Source of the DNA: Auanema rhodensis
Taxonomy: Eukaryota; Animalia; Nematoda
Assembly: GCA_964057225.1 (NCBI GenBank)
Contig: OZ059900.1
Span: forward strand, 19,096,001-19,160,000
DNA: 64,000 bases
Direction of reading: 5' to 3'
Translations under genes and position numbers: made by a program
In this document: positions 27,038 through 42,600 of the stretch, piece by piece
How positions within the stretch are numbered: the stretch's first letter is position 1
Layout of the letters: each line of letters opens with the position of its first letter
Notes under the pieces: model-generated
The model's database searches: none
What the model saw: only the letters and a program-made list of their open reading frames with translations
Told to the model about the DNA's origin: nothing

Positions 27038-30000
27038 GAATACAAAAACACAGTATTTCCCATGAGAAATATTTTATTATGCTGGAAAACCAGTTTGTGG
27101 AAATTTCGCTGTAAACAAGGTTTTGACTTACGATTTCATGTGTTCAAACTCATGCAATGTCAATGAAACCTAGCTCAAAATTGTTCGTACAACGTCTAGT
27201 TCCACTTTCACGACAAAAAAACAGGGGTTAGAAAATTAAGGAAATTAGCATATTCTGAGGGCACGCCCCTTATGGCTAATATTGATTAAATCGATTTTTG
27301 TTCATATGAGTCGTCAAATGCAACGAATTTCAGCGTGTTACATACTAAAATGAAGCATTTTACATGCTGAACACTAGAAAAATACAAAAACACAGTATTT
27401 CCCATGAGAAATATTTTATCATGCTGGAAAACCAGTTTTTGGAAATTTCGCTGTAAACAAGGTTTTGACTTACGATTTCATGTGTTCAAACTCATGCAAT
27501 GTCAATGAAACCTAGCTCAAAATTGTTTGTACAACGTCTAGTTCCACTTTCACGACAAAAAAACAAGGGTTAGAAAATTAAGGAAATTAGCATATTCTGA
27601 GGGCACGCCCCTTATGGCTAATATTGATTAAATCGATTTTTGTTTATATGAGTCGTCAAATGCAACGAATTTCAGCGTGTTACATACTAAAATGAAGCAT
27701 TTTACATGCTGAACACTAGAAAATTACAAAAACACAGTATTTCCCATGAGAAATATTTTATTATGCTGGAAAACCAGTTTTTGGAAATTTCGCTGTAAAC
27801 AAGGTTTTGACTTACGATTTCATGTGTTCAAACTCATGCAATGTCAATGAAACCTAGCTCAAAATTGTTCGTACAATGTCTAGTTCCACTTTCACGACAA
27901 AAAAACAGGGGTTAGAAAATTAAGGAAATTAGCATATTCTGAGGGCACGCCCCTTATGGCTAATATTGATTAAATCGATTTTTGTTCATATGAGTCGTCA
28001 AATGCAACGAATTTCAGCGTGTTACACACTAAAATGAAGCATTTCACATGCTGAACACTAGAAGAATACAAAAACACAGTATTTCCCATGAGAAATATTT
28101 TATTATGCTGGAAAACCAGTTTTTCGAAATTTCGCTGTAAACAAGGTTTTGACTTACGATTTCATGTGTTCAAACTCATGCAATGTCAATGAAACCTAGC
28201 TCAAAATTGTTCGTACAACGTCTAGTTCCACTTTCACGACAAAAAAACAAGGGTTAGAAAATTAAGGAAATTAGCATATTCTGAGGGCACGCCCCTTATG
28301 GCTAATATTGATTAAATCGATTTTTGTTCATATGAGTCGTAAAATGCAACGAATTTCAGCGTGTTACATACTAAAATGAAGCATTTTACATGCTGAACAC
28401 TAGAAAAATACAATAACACAGTATTTCCCATGAGAAATATTTTATTATGCTGGAAAACCAGTTTTTGGAAATTTCGCTGTAAACAAGGTTTTGACTTACG
28501 ATTTCATGTGTTTAAACTCATGCAATGTCAATGAAACCTAGCTCAAAATTGTTCGTACAACGTCTAGTTCCACTTTCACGACAAAAAAACAGGGGTTAGA
28601 AAATTAAGGAAATTAGCATATTCTGAGGGCACGCCCCTTATGGCTAATATTGATAAAATCGATTTTTGTTCATATGAGTCGTCAAATGCAACGAATTTCA
28701 GCGTGTTACATACTAAAATGAAGCATTTTACATGCTGAACACTAGAAGAATACAAAAACACAGTATTTCCCATGAGAAATATTTTATTATGCTGGAAAAC
28801 CAGTTTGTGGAAATTTCGCTGTAAACAAGGTTTTGACTTACGATTTCATGTGTTCAAACTCATGCAATGTCAATGAAACCTAGCTCAAAATTGTTCGTAC
28901 AACGTCTAGTTCCACTTTCACGACAAAAAAACAGGGGTTAGAAAATTAAGGAAATTAGCATATTCTGAGGGCACGCCCCTTATGGCTAATATTGATTAAA
29001 TCGATTTTTGTTCATATGAGTCGTCAAATGCAACGAATTTCAGCGTGTTACATACTAAAATGAAGCATTTTACATGCTGAACACTAGAAAAATACAAAAA
29101 CACAGTATTTCCCATGAGAAATATTTTATCATGCTGGAAAACCAGTTTTTGGAAATTTCGCTGTAAACAAGGTTTTGACTTACGATTTCATGTGTTCAAA
29201 CTCATGCAATGTCAATGAAACCTAGCTCAAAATTGTTTGTACAACGTCTAGTTCCACTTTCACGACAAAAGAACAAGGGTTAGAAAATTAAGGAAATTAG
29301 CATATTCTGAGGGCACGCCCCTTATGGCTAATATTGATTAAATCGATTTTTGTTCATATGAGTCGTCAAATGCAACGAATTTCAGCGTGTTACATACTAA
29401 AATGAAGCATTTTACATGCTGAACACTAGAAAAATACAAAAACACAGTATTTCCCATGAGAAATATTTTATTATGCTGGAAAACCAGTTTTTGGAAATTT
29501 CGCTGTAAACAAGGTTTTGACTTACGATTTCATGTGTTCAAACTCATGCAATGTCAATGAAACCTAGCTCAAAATTGTTCGTACAACGTCTAGTTCCACT
29601 TTCACGACAAAAAAACAGGGGTTAGAAAATTAAGGAAATTAGCATATTCTGAGGGCACGCCCCTTATGGCTAATATTGATTAAATCGATTTTTGTTCATA
29701 TGAGTCGTCAAATGCAACGAATTTCAGCGAGTTACACACTAAAATGAAGCATTTCACATGCTGAACACTAGAAGAATACAAAAACACAGTATTTCCCATG
29801 AGAAATATTTTATTATGCTGGAAAACCAGTTTTTCGAAATTTCGCTGTAAACAAGGTTTTGACTTACGATTTCATGTGTTCAAACTCATGCAATGTCAAT
29901 GAAACCTAGCTCAAAATTGTTCGTACAACGTCTAGTTCCACTTTCACGACAAAAAAACAGGGGTTAGAAAATTAAGGAAATTAGCATATTCTGAGGGCAC

Positions 30001-33000
30001 GCCCCTTATGGCTAATATTGATTAAATCGATTTTTGTTCATATGAGTCGTCAAATGCAACGAATTTCAGCGTGTTACAAACTAAAATGAAGCATTTTACA
30101 TGCTGAACACTAGAAGAATACAAAAACACAGTATTTCCCATGAGAAATATTTTATTATGCTGGAAAACCAGTTTGTGGAAATTTCGCTGTAAACAAGGTT
30201 TTGACTTACGATTTCATGTGTTCAAACTCATGCAATGTCAATGAAACCTAGCTCAAAATTGTTCGTACAACGTCTAGTTCCACTTTCACGACAAAAAAAC
30301 AGGGGTTAGAAAATTAAGGAAATTAGCATATTCTGAGGGCACGCCCCTTATGGCTAATATTGATTAAATCGATTTTTGTTCATATGAGTCGTCAAATGCA
30401 ACGAATTTCAGCGTGTTACATACTAAAATGAAGCATTTTACATGCTGAACACTAGAAAAATACAAAAACACAGTATTTCCCATGAGAAATATTTTATCAT
30501 GCTGGAAAACCAGTTTTTGGAAATTTCGCTGTAAACAAGGTTTTGACTTACGATTTCATGTGTTCAAACTCATGCAATGTCAATGAAACCTAGCTCAAAA
30601 TTGTTTGTACAACGTCTAGTTCCACTTTCACGACAAAAAAACAAGGGTTAGAAAATTAAGGAAATTAGCATATTCTGAGGGCACGCCCCTTATGGCTAAT
30701 ATTGATTAAATCGATTTTTGTTTATATGAGTCGTCAAATGCAACGAATTTCAGCGTGTTACATACTAAAATGAAGCATTTTACATGCTGAACACTAGAAA
30801 ATTACAAAAACACAGTATTTCCCATGAGAAATATTTTATTATGCTGGAAAACCAGTTTTTGGAAATTTCGCTGTAAACAAGGTTTTGACTTACGATTTCA
30901 TGTGTTCAAACTCATGCAATGTCAATGAAACCTAGCTCAAAATTGTTCGTACAACGTCTAGTTCCACTTTCACGACAAAAAAACAGGGGTTAGAAAATTA
31001 AGGAAATTAGCATATTCTGAGGGCACGCCCCTTATGGCTAATATTGATTAAATCGATTTTTGTTCATATGAGTCGTCAAATGCAACGAATTTCAGCGTGT
31101 TACACACTAAAATGAAGCATTTCACATGCTGAACACTAGAAGAATACAAAAACACAGTATTTCCCATGAGAAATATTTTATTATGCTGGAAAACCAGTTT
31201 TTCGAAATTTCGCTGTAAACAAGGTTTTGACTTACGATTTCATGTGTTCAAACTCATGCAATGTCAATGAAACCTAGCTCAAAATTGTTCGTACAACGTC
31301 TAGTTCCACTTTCACGACAAAAAAACAAGGGTTAGAAAATTAAGGAAATTAGCATATTCTGAGGGCACGCCCCTTATGGCTAATATTGATTAAATCGATT
31401 TTTGTTCATATGAGTCGTAAAATGCAACGAATTTCAGCGTGTTACATACTAAAATGAAGCATTTTACATGCTGAACACTAGAAAAATACAATAACACAGT
31501 ATTTCCCATGAGAAATATTTTATTATGCTGGAAAACCAGTTTTTGGAAATTTCGCTGTAAACAAGGTTTTGACTTACGATTTCATGTGTTTAAACTCATG
31601 CAATGTCAATGAAACCTAGCTCAAAATTGTTCGTACAACGTCTAGTTCCACTTTCACGACAAAAAAACAGGGGTTAGAAAATTAAGGAAATTAGCATATT
31701 CTGAGGGCACGCCCCTTATGGCTAATATTGATAAAATCGATTTTTGTTCATATGAGTCGTCAAATGCAACGAATTTCAGCGTGTTACATACTAAAATGAA
31801 GCATTTTACATGCTGAACACTAGAAGAATACAAAAACACAGTATTTCCCATGAGAAATATTTTATTATGCTGGAAAACCAGTTTGTGGAAATTTCGCTGT
31901 AAACAAGGTTTTGACTTACGATTTCATGTGTTCAAACTCATGCAATGTCAATGAAACCTAGCTCAAAATTGTTCGTACAACGTCTAGTTCCACTTTCACG
32001 ACAAAAAAACAGGGGTTAGAAAATTAAGGAAATTAGCATATTCTGAGGGCACGCCCCTTATGGCTAATATTGATTAAATCGATTTTTGTTCATATGAGTC
32101 GTCAAATGCAACGAATTTCAGCGTGTTACATACTAAAATGAAGCATTTTACATGCTGAACACTAGAAAAATACAAAAACACAGTATTTCCCATGAGAAAT
32201 ATTTTATCATGCTGGAAAACCAGTTTTTGGAAATTTCGCTGTAAACAAGGTTTTGACTTACGATTTCATGTGTTCAAACTCATGCAATGTCAATGAAACC
32301 TAGCTCAAAATTGTTTGTACAACGTCTAGTTCCACTTTCACGACAAAAGAACAAGGGTTAGAAAATTAAGGAAATTAGCATATTCTGAGGGCACGCCCCT
32401 TATGGCTAATATTGATTAAATCGATTTTTGTTCATATGAGTCGTCAAATGCAACGAATTTCAGCGTGTTACATACTAAAATGAAGCATTTTACATGCTGA
32501 ACACTAGAAAAATACAAAAACACAGTATTTCCCATGAGAAATATTTTATTATGCTGGAAAACCAGTTTTTGGAAATTTCGCTGTAAACAAGGTTTTGACT
32601 TACGATTTCATGTGTTCAAACTCATGCAATGTCAATGAAACCTAGCTCAAAATTGTTCGTACAACGTCTAGTTCCACTTTCACGACAAAAAAACAGGGGT
32701 TAGAAAATTAAGGAAATTAGCATATTCTGAGGGCACGCCCCTTATGGCTAATATTGATTAAATCGATTTTTGTTCATATGAGTCGTCAAATGCAACGAAT
32801 TTCAGCGAGTTACACACTAAAATGAAGCATTTCACATGCTGAACACTAGAAGAATACAAAAACACAGTATTTCCCATGAGAAATATTTTATTATGCTGGA
32901 AAACCAGTTTTTCGAAATTTCGCTGTAAACAAGGTTTTGACTTACGATTTCATGTGTTCAAACTCATGCAATGTCAATGAAACCTAGCTCAAAATTGTTC

Positions 33001-33193
33001 GTACAACGTCTAGTTCCACTTTCACGACAAAAAAACAGGGGTTAGAAAATTAAGGAAATTAGCATATTCTGAGGGCACGCCCCTTATGGCTAATATTGAT
33101 TAAATCGATTTTTGTTCATATGAGTCGTCAAATGCAACGAATTTCAGCGTGTTACAAACTAAAATGAAGCATTTTACATGCTGAACACTAGAA
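27002..33193 (+). repeat. 9-monomer (3078-bp) higher-order tandem duplication
   Basis: GTTTATATG, AAATTACAA, CGTAAAATG, CAATAACAC, GTTTAAAC, GATAAAATC (28655/31733), AAAAGAAC and CAGCGAGTT all recur at +3078. I see only one difference between the copies (T27877 vs C30955). Confidence 0.95.
28576..28773 (-). other. Incidental 65-aa ORF inside the satellite, not considered a gene (also at 31654-31851 and 37126-37323)
   Basis: A T>A change at monomer position 273 (28655, 31733, 37205) turns a minus-strand TAA into TTA. All other monomers have the stop, and the peptide has no recognisable domain. Confidence 0.9.
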
Positions 33194-33854
33194 AAATACA
33201 AAAACACAGTATTTCCCATGAGAAATATTTTATTATGCTGGAAAACCAGTTTTTGGAAATTTCGCTGTAAACAAGGTTTTGACTTACGATTTCATGGGTT
33301 CAAACTCATGCAATGTCAATGAAACCTAGCTCAAAATTGTTCGTACAACGTCTAGTTCCACTTTCACGACAAAAAAACAGGGGTTAGAAAATTAAGGAAA
33401 TTAGCATATTCTGAGGGCACGCCCCTTATGGCTAATATTGATTAAATCGATTTTTGTTCATATGAGTCGTCAAATGCAACGAATTTCAGCGTGTTACATA
33501 CTAAAATGAAGCATTTTACATGCTGAACACTAGAAAAATACAAAAACACAGTATTTCCCATGAGAAATATTTTATCATGCTGGAAAACCAGTTTTTGGAA
33601 ATTTCGCTGTAAACAAGGTTTTGACTTACGATTTCATGTGTTCAAACTCATGCAATGTCAATGAAACCTAGCTCAAAATTGTTCGTACAACGTCTAGTTC
33701 CACTTTCACGACAAAAAAACAGGGGTTAGAAAATTAAGGAAATTAGCATATTCTGAGGGCACGCCCCTTATGGCTAATATTGATTAAATCGATTTTTGTT
33801 CATATGAGTCGTCAAATGCAACGAATATCAGCGTGTTACACATTAAAATGAAGC

Positions 33855-36800
33855 ATTTTACATGCTGAACACTAGAAAAATACAAAAACACAGTATTTCC
33901 CATGAGAAATATTTTATTATGCTGGAAAACCAGTTTGTGGAAATTTCGCTGTAAACAAGGTTTTGACTTACGATTTCATGTGTTCAAACTCATGCAATGT
34001 CAATGAAACCTAGCTCAAAATTGTTCGTACAACGTCTAGTTCCACTTTCACGACAAAAAAACAGGGGTTAGAAAATTAAGGAAATTAGCATATTCTGAGG
34101 GCACGCCCCTTATGGCTAATATTGATTAAATCGATTTTTGTTCATATGAGTCGTCAAATGCAACGAATTTCAGCGTGTTACATACTAAAATGGAGCATTT
34201 TACATGCTGAACACTAGAAAAATACAAAAACACAGTATTTCCCATGAGAAATATTTTATCATGCTGGAAAACCAGTTTTTGGAAATTTCGCTGTAAACAA
34301 GGTTTTGACTTACGATTTCATGTGTTCAAACTCATGCAATGTCAATGAAACCTAGCTCAAAATTGTTTGTACAACGTCTAGTTCCACTTTCACGACAAAA
34401 AAACAAGGGTTAGAAAATTAAGGAAATTAGCATATTCTGAGGGCACGCCCCTTATGGCTAATATTGATTAAATCGATTTTTGTTCATATGAGTCGTCAAA
34501 TGCAACGAATTTCAGCGTGTTACATACTAAAATGAAGCATTTTACATGCTGAACACTAGAAAAATACAAAAACACAGTATTTCCCATGAGAAATATTTTA
34601 TTATGCTGGAAAACCAGTTTTTGGAAATTTCGCTGTAAACAAGGTTTTGACTTACGATTTCATGTGTTCAAACTCATGCAATGTCAATGAAACCTAGCTC
34701 AAAATTGTTCGTACAACGTCTAGTTCCACTTTCACGACAAAAAAACAGGGGTTAGAAAATTAAGGAAATTAGCATATTCTGAGGGCACGCCCCTTATGGC
34801 TAATATTGATTAAATCGATTTTTGTTCATATGAGTCGTCAAATGCAACGAATTTCAGCGTGTTACACACTAAAATGAAGCATTTCACATGCTGAACACTA
34901 GAAGAATACAAAAACACAGTATTTCCCATGAGAAATATTTTATTATGCTGGAAAACCAGTTTTTCGAAATTTCGCTGTAAACAAGGTTTTGACTTACGAT
35001 TTCATGTGTTCAAACTCATGCAATGTCAATGAAACCTAGCTCAAAATTGTTCGTACAACGTCTAGTTCCACTTTCACGACAAAAAAACAAGGGTTAGAAA
35101 ATTAAGGAAATTAGCATATTCTGAGGGCACGCCCCTTATGGCTAATATTGATTAAATCGATTTTTGTTCATATGAGTCGTAAAATGCAACGAATTTCAGC
35201 GTGTTACATACTAAAATGAAGCATTTTACATGCTGAACACTAGAAAAATACAAAAACACAGTATTTCCCATGAGAAATATTTTATTATGCTGGAAAACCA
35301 GTTTTTGGAAATTTCGCTGTAAACAAGGTTTTGACTTACGATTTCATGTGTTCAAACTCATGCAATGTCAATGAAACCTAGCTCAAAATTGTTCGTACAA
35401 CGTCTAGTTCCACTTTCACGACAAAAAAACAGGGGTTAGAAAATTAAGGAAATTAGCATATTCTGAGGGCACGCCCCTTATGGCTAATATTGATTAAATC
35501 GATTTTTGTTCGTATGAGTCGTCAAATGCAACGAATTTCAGCGTGTTACAAACTAAAATGAAGCATTTTACATGCTGAACACTAGAAAAATACAAAAACA
35601 CAGTGTTTCCCATGAGAAATATTTTATTATGCTGGAAAACCAGTTTGTGGAATTTTCGCTGTAAACAAGGTTTTGACTTACGATTTCATGTGTTCAAACT
35701 CATGCAATGTCAATGAAACCTAGCTCAAAATTGTTCGTACAACGTCTAGTTCCACTTTCACGACAAAAAAACAGGGGTTAGAAAATTAAGGAAATTAGCA
35801 TATTCTGAGGGCACGCCCCTTATGGCTAATATTGATTAAATCGATTTTTGTTCATATGAGTCGTCAAATGCAACGAATTTCAGCGTGTTACATACTAAAA
35901 TGAAGCATTTTACATGCTGAACACTAGAAAAATACAAAAACACAGTATTTCCCATGAGAAATATTTTATCATGCTGGAAAACCAGTTTTTGGAAATTTCG
36001 CTGTAAACAAGGTTTTGACTTACGATTTCATGTGTTCAAACTCATGCAATGTCAATGAAACCTAGCTCAAAATTGTTTGTACAACGTCTAGTTCCACTTT
36101 CACGACAAAAAAACAAGGGTTAGAAAATTAAGGAAATTAGCATATTCTGAGGGCACGCCCCTTATGGCTAATATTGATTAAATCGATTTTTGTTCATATG
36201 AGTCGTCAAATGCAACGAATTTCAGCGTGTTACATACTAAAATGAAGCATTTTACATGCTGAACACTAGAAAAATACAAAAACACAGTATTTCCCATGAG
36301 AAATATTTTATTATGCTGGAAAACCAGTTTTTGGAAATTTCGCTGTAAACAAGGTTTTGACTTACGATTTCATGTGTTCAAACTCATGCAATGTCAATGA
36401 AACCTAGCTCAAAATTGTTCGTACAACGTCTAGTTCCACTTTCACGACAAAAAAACAGGGGTTAGAAAATTAAGGAAATTAGCATATTCTGAGGGCACGC
36501 CCCTTATGGCTAATATTGATTAAATCGATTTTTGTTCATATGAGTCGTCAAATGCAACGAATTTCAGCGTGTTACACACTAAAATGAAGCATTTCACATG
36601 CTGAACACTAGAAGAATACAAAAACACAGTATTTCCCATGAGAAATATTTTATTATGCTGGAAAACCAGTTTTTCGAAATTTCGCTGTAAACAAGGTTTT
36701 GACTTACGATTTCATGTGTTCAAACTCATGCAATGTCAATGAAACCTAGCTCAAAATTGTTCGTACAACGTCTAGTTCCACTTTCACGACAAAAAAACAA

Positions 36801-38300
36801 GGGTTAGAAAATTAAGGAAATTAGCATATTCTGAGGGCACGCCCCTTATGGCTAATATTGATTAAATCGATTTTTGTTCATATGAGTCGTAAAATGCAAC
36901 GAATTTCAGCGTGTTACATACTAAAATGAAGCATTTTACATGCTGAACACTACAAAAAAACAAAAACACAGTATTTCCCATGAGAAATATTTTATTATGC
37001 TGGAAAACCAGTTTTTGGAAATTTCGCTGTAAACAAGGTTTTGACTTACGATTTCATGTGTTCAAACTCATGCAATGTCAATGAAACCTAGCTCAAAATT
37101 GTTCGTACAACGTCTAGTTCCACTTTCACGACAAAAAAACAGGGGTTAGAAAATTAAGGAAATTAGCATATTCTGAGGGCACGCCCCTTATGGCTAATAT
37201 TGATAAAATCGATTTTTGTTCATATGAGTCGTCAAATGCAACGAATTTCAGCGTGTTACATACTAAAATGAAGCATTTTACATGCTGAACACTAGAAGAA
37301 TACAAAAACACAGTATTTCCCATGAGAAATATTTTATTATGCTGGAAAACCAGTTTGTGGAAATTTCGCTGTAAACAAGGTTTTGACTTACGATTTCATG
37401 TGTTCAAACTCATGCAATGTCAATGAAACCTAGCTCAAAATTGTTCGTACAACGTCTAGTTCCACTTTCACGACAAAAAAACAGGGGTTAGAAAATTAAG
37501 GAAATTAGCATATTCTGAGGGCACGCCCCTTATGGCTAATATTGATTAAATCGATTTTTGTTCATATGAGTCGTCAAATGCAACGAATTTCAGCGTGTTA
37601 CATACTAAAATGAAGCATTTTACATGCTGAACACTAGAAAAATACAAAAACACAGTATTTCCCATGAGAAATATTTTATCATGCTGGAAAACCAGTTTTT
37701 GGAAATTTCGCTGTAAACAAGGTTTTGACTTACGATTTCATGTGTTCAAACTCATGCAATGTCAATGAAACCTAGCTCAAAATTGTTTGTACAACGTCTA
37801 GTTCCACTTTCACGACAAAAAAACAAGGGTTAGAAAATTAAGGAAATTAGCATATTCTGAGGGCACGCCCCTTATGGCTAATATTGATTAAATCGATTTT
37901 TGTTCATATGAGTCGTCAAATGCAACGAATTTCAGCGTGTTACATACTAAAATGAAGCATTTTACATGCTGAACACTAGAAAAATACAAAAACACAGTAT
38001 TTCCCATGAGAAATATTTTATTATGCTGGAAAACCAGTTTTTGGAAATTTCGCTGTAAACAAGGTTTTGACTTACGATTTCATGTGTTCAAACTCATGCA
38101 ATGTCAATGAAACCTAGCTCAAAATTGTTCGTACAACGTCTAGTTCCACTTTCACGACAAAAAAACAGGGGTTAGAAAATTAAGGAAATTAGCATATTCT
38201 GAGGGCACGCCCCTTATGGCTAATATTGATTAAATCGATTTTTGTTCATATGAGTCGTCAAATGCAACGAATTTCAGCGTGTTACACACTAAAATGAAGC
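33855..38300 (+). repeat. 5-monomer (1710-bp) higher-order repeat, A-B-C-D-E
   Basis: A (TTTGTGG) at 33855, 35565, 37275; B (TATCATG/TTTGTAC/CAAGGG) at 34197, 35907, 37617; D (TTTCACATG/GAAGAAT/TTCGAA/CAAGGG/CGTAAAA) at 34881, 36591. Confidence 0.9.
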
Positions 38301-39660
38301 ATTTCACATGCTGAACACTAGAAAAATACAAAAACACAGTATTTCCCATGAGAAATATTTTATTATGCTGGAAAACCAGTTTTTGGAAATTTCGCTGTAA
38401 ACAAGGTTTTGACTTACGATTTCATGTGTTCAAACTCATGCAATGTCAATGAAACCTAGCTCAAAATTGTTCGTACAACGTCTAGTTCCACTTTCACGAC
38501 AAAAAAACAGGGGTTAGAAAATTAAGGAAATTAGCATATTCTGAGGGCACGCCCCGCCCCTTATGGCTAATATTGATTAAATCGATTTTTGTTCATATGA
38601 GTCGTCAAATGCAACGAATTTCAGCGTGTTACAAACTAAAATGAAGCATTTTACATGCTGAACACTAGAAAAATACAAAAACACAGTGTTTCCCATGAGA
38701 AATATTTTATTATGCTGGAAAACCAGTTTTTGGAAATTTCGCTGTAAACAAGGTTTTGACTTACGATTTCATGTGTTCAAACTCATGCAATGTCAATGAA
38801 ACCTAGCTCAAAATTGTTCGTACAACGTCTAGTTCCACTTTCACGACAAAAAAACAGGGGTTAGAAAATTAAGGAAATTAGCATATTCTGAGGGCACGCC
38901 CCTTATGGCTAATATTGATTAAATCGATTTTTGTTCATATGAGTCGTCAAATGCAACGAATTTCAGCGTGTTACACACTAAAATGAAGCATTTCACATGC
39001 TGAACACTAGAAAAATACAAAAACACAGTATTTCCCATGAGAAATATTTTATTATGCTGGAAAACCAGTTTTTGGAAATTTCGCTGTAAACAAGGTTTTG
39101 ACTTACGATTTCATGTGTTCAAACTCATGCAATGTCAATGAAAACTAGCTCAAAATTGTTCGTACAACGTCTAGTTCCACTTTCACGACAAAAAAACAGG
39201 GGTTAGAAAATTAAGGAAATTAGCATATTCTGAGGGCACGCCCCGCCCCTTATGGCTAATATTGATTAAATCGATTTTTGTTCATATGAGTCGTCAAATG
39301 CAACGAATTTCAGCGTGTTACAAACTAAAATGAAGCATTTTACATGCTGAACACTAGAAAAATACAAAAACACAGTGTTTCCCATGAGAAATATTTTATT
39401 ATGCTGGAAAACCAGTTTTTGGAAATTTCGCTGTAAACAAGGTTTTGACTTACGATTTCATGTGTTCAAACTCATGCAATGTCAATGAAACCTAGCTCAA
39501 AATTGTTCGTACAACGTCTAGTTCCACTTTCACGACAAAAAAACAGGGGTTAGAAAATTAAGGAAATTAGCATATTCTGAGGGCACGCCCCTTATGGCTA
39601 ATATTGATTAAATCGATTTTTGTTCATATGAGTCGTCAAATGCAACGAATTTCAGCGTGT
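38301..39660 (+). repeat. 2-monomer (689-bp) duplication carrying a 5-bp GCCCC insertion
   Basis: GCCCCGCCCC occurs at 38551-38560 and 39240-39249 (spacing 684+5), each followed by TACAAACT and CAGTGTTT. Confidence 0.92.
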
Positions 39661-42600
39661 TACATACTAAAATGAAGCATTTTACATGCTGAACACTAGA
39701 AAAATACAAAAACACAGTATTCCCCATGAGAAATATTTTATTATGCTGGAAAACCAGTTTTTGGAAATTTCGCTGTAAACAAGGTTTTGACTTACGATTT
39801 CATGTGTTCAAACTCATGCAATGTCAATGAAACCTAGCTCAAAATTGTTCGTACAACGTCTAGTTCCACTTTCACGACAAAAAAACAGGGGTTAGAAAAT
39901 TAAGGAAATTAGCATATTCTGAGGGCACGCCCCTTATGGCTAATATTGATTAAATCGATTTTTGTTCATATGAGTCGTCAAATGCGACGAATTTCAGCGT
40001 GTTACATACTAAAATGAAGCATTTTACATGCTGAACACTAGAAAAATACAAAAACACAGTATTTCCCATGAGAAATATTTTATCATGCTGGAAAACCAGT
40101 TTTTGGAAATTTCGCTGTAAACAAGGTTTTGACTTACGATTTCATGTGTTCAAACTCATGCAATGTCAATGAAACCTAGCTCAAAATTGTTTGTACAACG
40201 TCTAGTTCCACTTTCACGACAAAAAAATAGGGGTTAGAAAATTAAGGAAATTAGCATATTCTGAGGGCACGCCCCTTATGGCTAATATTGATTAAATCGA
40301 TTTTTGTTCATATGAGTCGTCAAATGCAACGAATTTCAGCGTGTTACAAACTAAAATGAAGCATTTTACATGCTGAACACTAGAAAAATACAAAAACACA
40401 GTGTTTCCCATGAGAAATATTTTATTATGCTGGAAAACCAGTTTTTGGAAATTTCGCTGTAAACAAGGTTTTGACTTACGATTTCATGTGTTCAAACTCA
40501 TGCAACGTCAATGAAACCTAGCTCAAAATTGTTCGTACAACGTCTAGTTCCACTTTCACGACAAAAAAACAGGGGTTAGAAAATTAAGGAAATTAGCATA
40601 TTCTGAGGGCACGCCCCTTATGGCTAATATTGATTAAATCGATTTTTGTTCATATGAGTCGTCAAATGCAACGAATTTCAGCGTGTTACACACTAAAATG
40701 AAGCATTTCACATGCTGAACACTAGAAAAATACAAAAACACAGTATTTCCCATGAGAAATATTTTATTATGCTGGAAAACCAGTTTTTGGAAATTTCGCT
40801 GTAAACAAGGTTTTGACTTACGATTTCATGTGTTCAAACTCATGCAATGTCAATGAAACCTAGCTCAAAATTGTTCGTACAACGTCTAGTTCCACTTTCA
40901 CGACAAAAAAACAGGGGTTAGAAAATTAAGGAAATTAGCATATTCTGAGGGCACGCCCCTTATGGCTAATATTGATTAAATCGATTTTTGTTCATATGAG
41001 TCGTCAAATGCAACGAATTTCAGCGTGTTACAAACTAAAATGAAGCATTTTACATGCTGAACACTAGAAAAATACAAAAACACAGTGTTTCCCATGAGAA
41101 ATATTTTATTATGCTGGAAAACCAGTTTTTGGAAATTTCGCTGTAAACAAGGTTTTGACTTACGATTTCATGTGTTCAAACTCATGCAATGTCAATGAAA
41201 CCTAGCTCAAAATTGTTCGTACAACGTCTAGTTCCACTTTCACGACAAAAAAACAGGGGTTAGAAAATTAAGGAAATTAGCATATTCTGAGGGCACGCCC
41301 CTTATGGCTAATATTGATTAAATCGATTTTTGTTCATATGAGTCGTCAAATGCAACGAATTTCAGCGTGTTACATACTAAAATGAAGCATTTTACATGCT
41401 GAACACTAGAAAAATACAAAAACACAGTATTCCCCATGAGAAATATTTTATTATGCTGGAAAACCAGTTTTTGGAAATTTCGCTGTAAACAAGGTTTTGA
41501 CTTACGATTTCATGTGTTCAAACTCATGCAATGTCAATGAAACCTAGCTCAAAATTGTTCGTACAACGTCTAGTTCCACTTTCACGACAAAAAAACAGGG
41601 GTTAGAAAATTAAGGAAATTAGCATATTCTGAGGGCACGCCCCTTATGGCTAATATTGATTAAATCGATTTTTGTTCATATGAGTCGTCAAATGCAACGA
41701 ATTTCAGCGTGTTACATACTAAAATGAAGCATTTTACATGCTGAACACTAGAAAAATACAAAAACACAGTATTTCCCATGAGAAATATTTTATTATGCTG
41801 GAAAACCAGTTTTTAGAAATTTCGCTGTAAACAAGGTTTTGACTTACGATTTCATGTGTTCAAACTCATGCAATGTCAATGAAACCTAGCTCAAAATTGT
41901 TCGTACAACGTCTAGTCCCACTTTCACGACAAAAAAACAGGGGTTAGAAAATTAAGGAAATTAGCATATTCTGAGGGCACGCCCCTTATGGCTAATATTG
42001 ATTAAATCGATTTTTGTTCATATGAGTCGTCAAATGCAACGAATTTCAGCGTGTTACATACTAAAATGAAGCATTTTACATGCTGAACACTAGAAAAATA
42101 CAAAAACACAGTATTTCCCATGAGAAATATTTTATTATGCTGGAAAACCAGTTTTTGGAAATTTCGCTGTAAACAAGGTTTTGACTTACGATTTCATGTG
42201 TTCAAACTCATGCAATGTCAATGAAACCTAGCTCAAAATTGTTCGTACAACGTCTAGTTCCACTTTCACGACAAAAAAACAGGGGTTAGAAAATTAAGGA
42301 AATTAGCATATTCTGAGGGCACGCCCCTTATGGCTAATATTGTTTAAATCGATTTTTGTTCATATGAGTCGTCAAATGCAACGAATTTCAGCGTGTTACA
42401 TACTAAAATGAAGCATTTTACATGCTGAACACTAGAAGAATACAAAAACACAGTATTTCCCATGAGAAATATTTTATTATGCTGGAAAACCAGTTTGTGG
42501 AAATTTCGCTGTAAACAAGGTTTTGACTTACGATTTCATGTGTTCAAACTCATGCAATGTTAATGAAACCTAGCTCAAAATTGTTCGTACAACGTCTAGT

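Noticed and set aside
28576-37323. Three identical 65-aa minus-strand ORFs as a gene family
   Set aside because: They arise from a single stop-loss variant in 3 of 187 monomers, spread by duplication. They span a satellite junction and have no recognisable domain or gene context.
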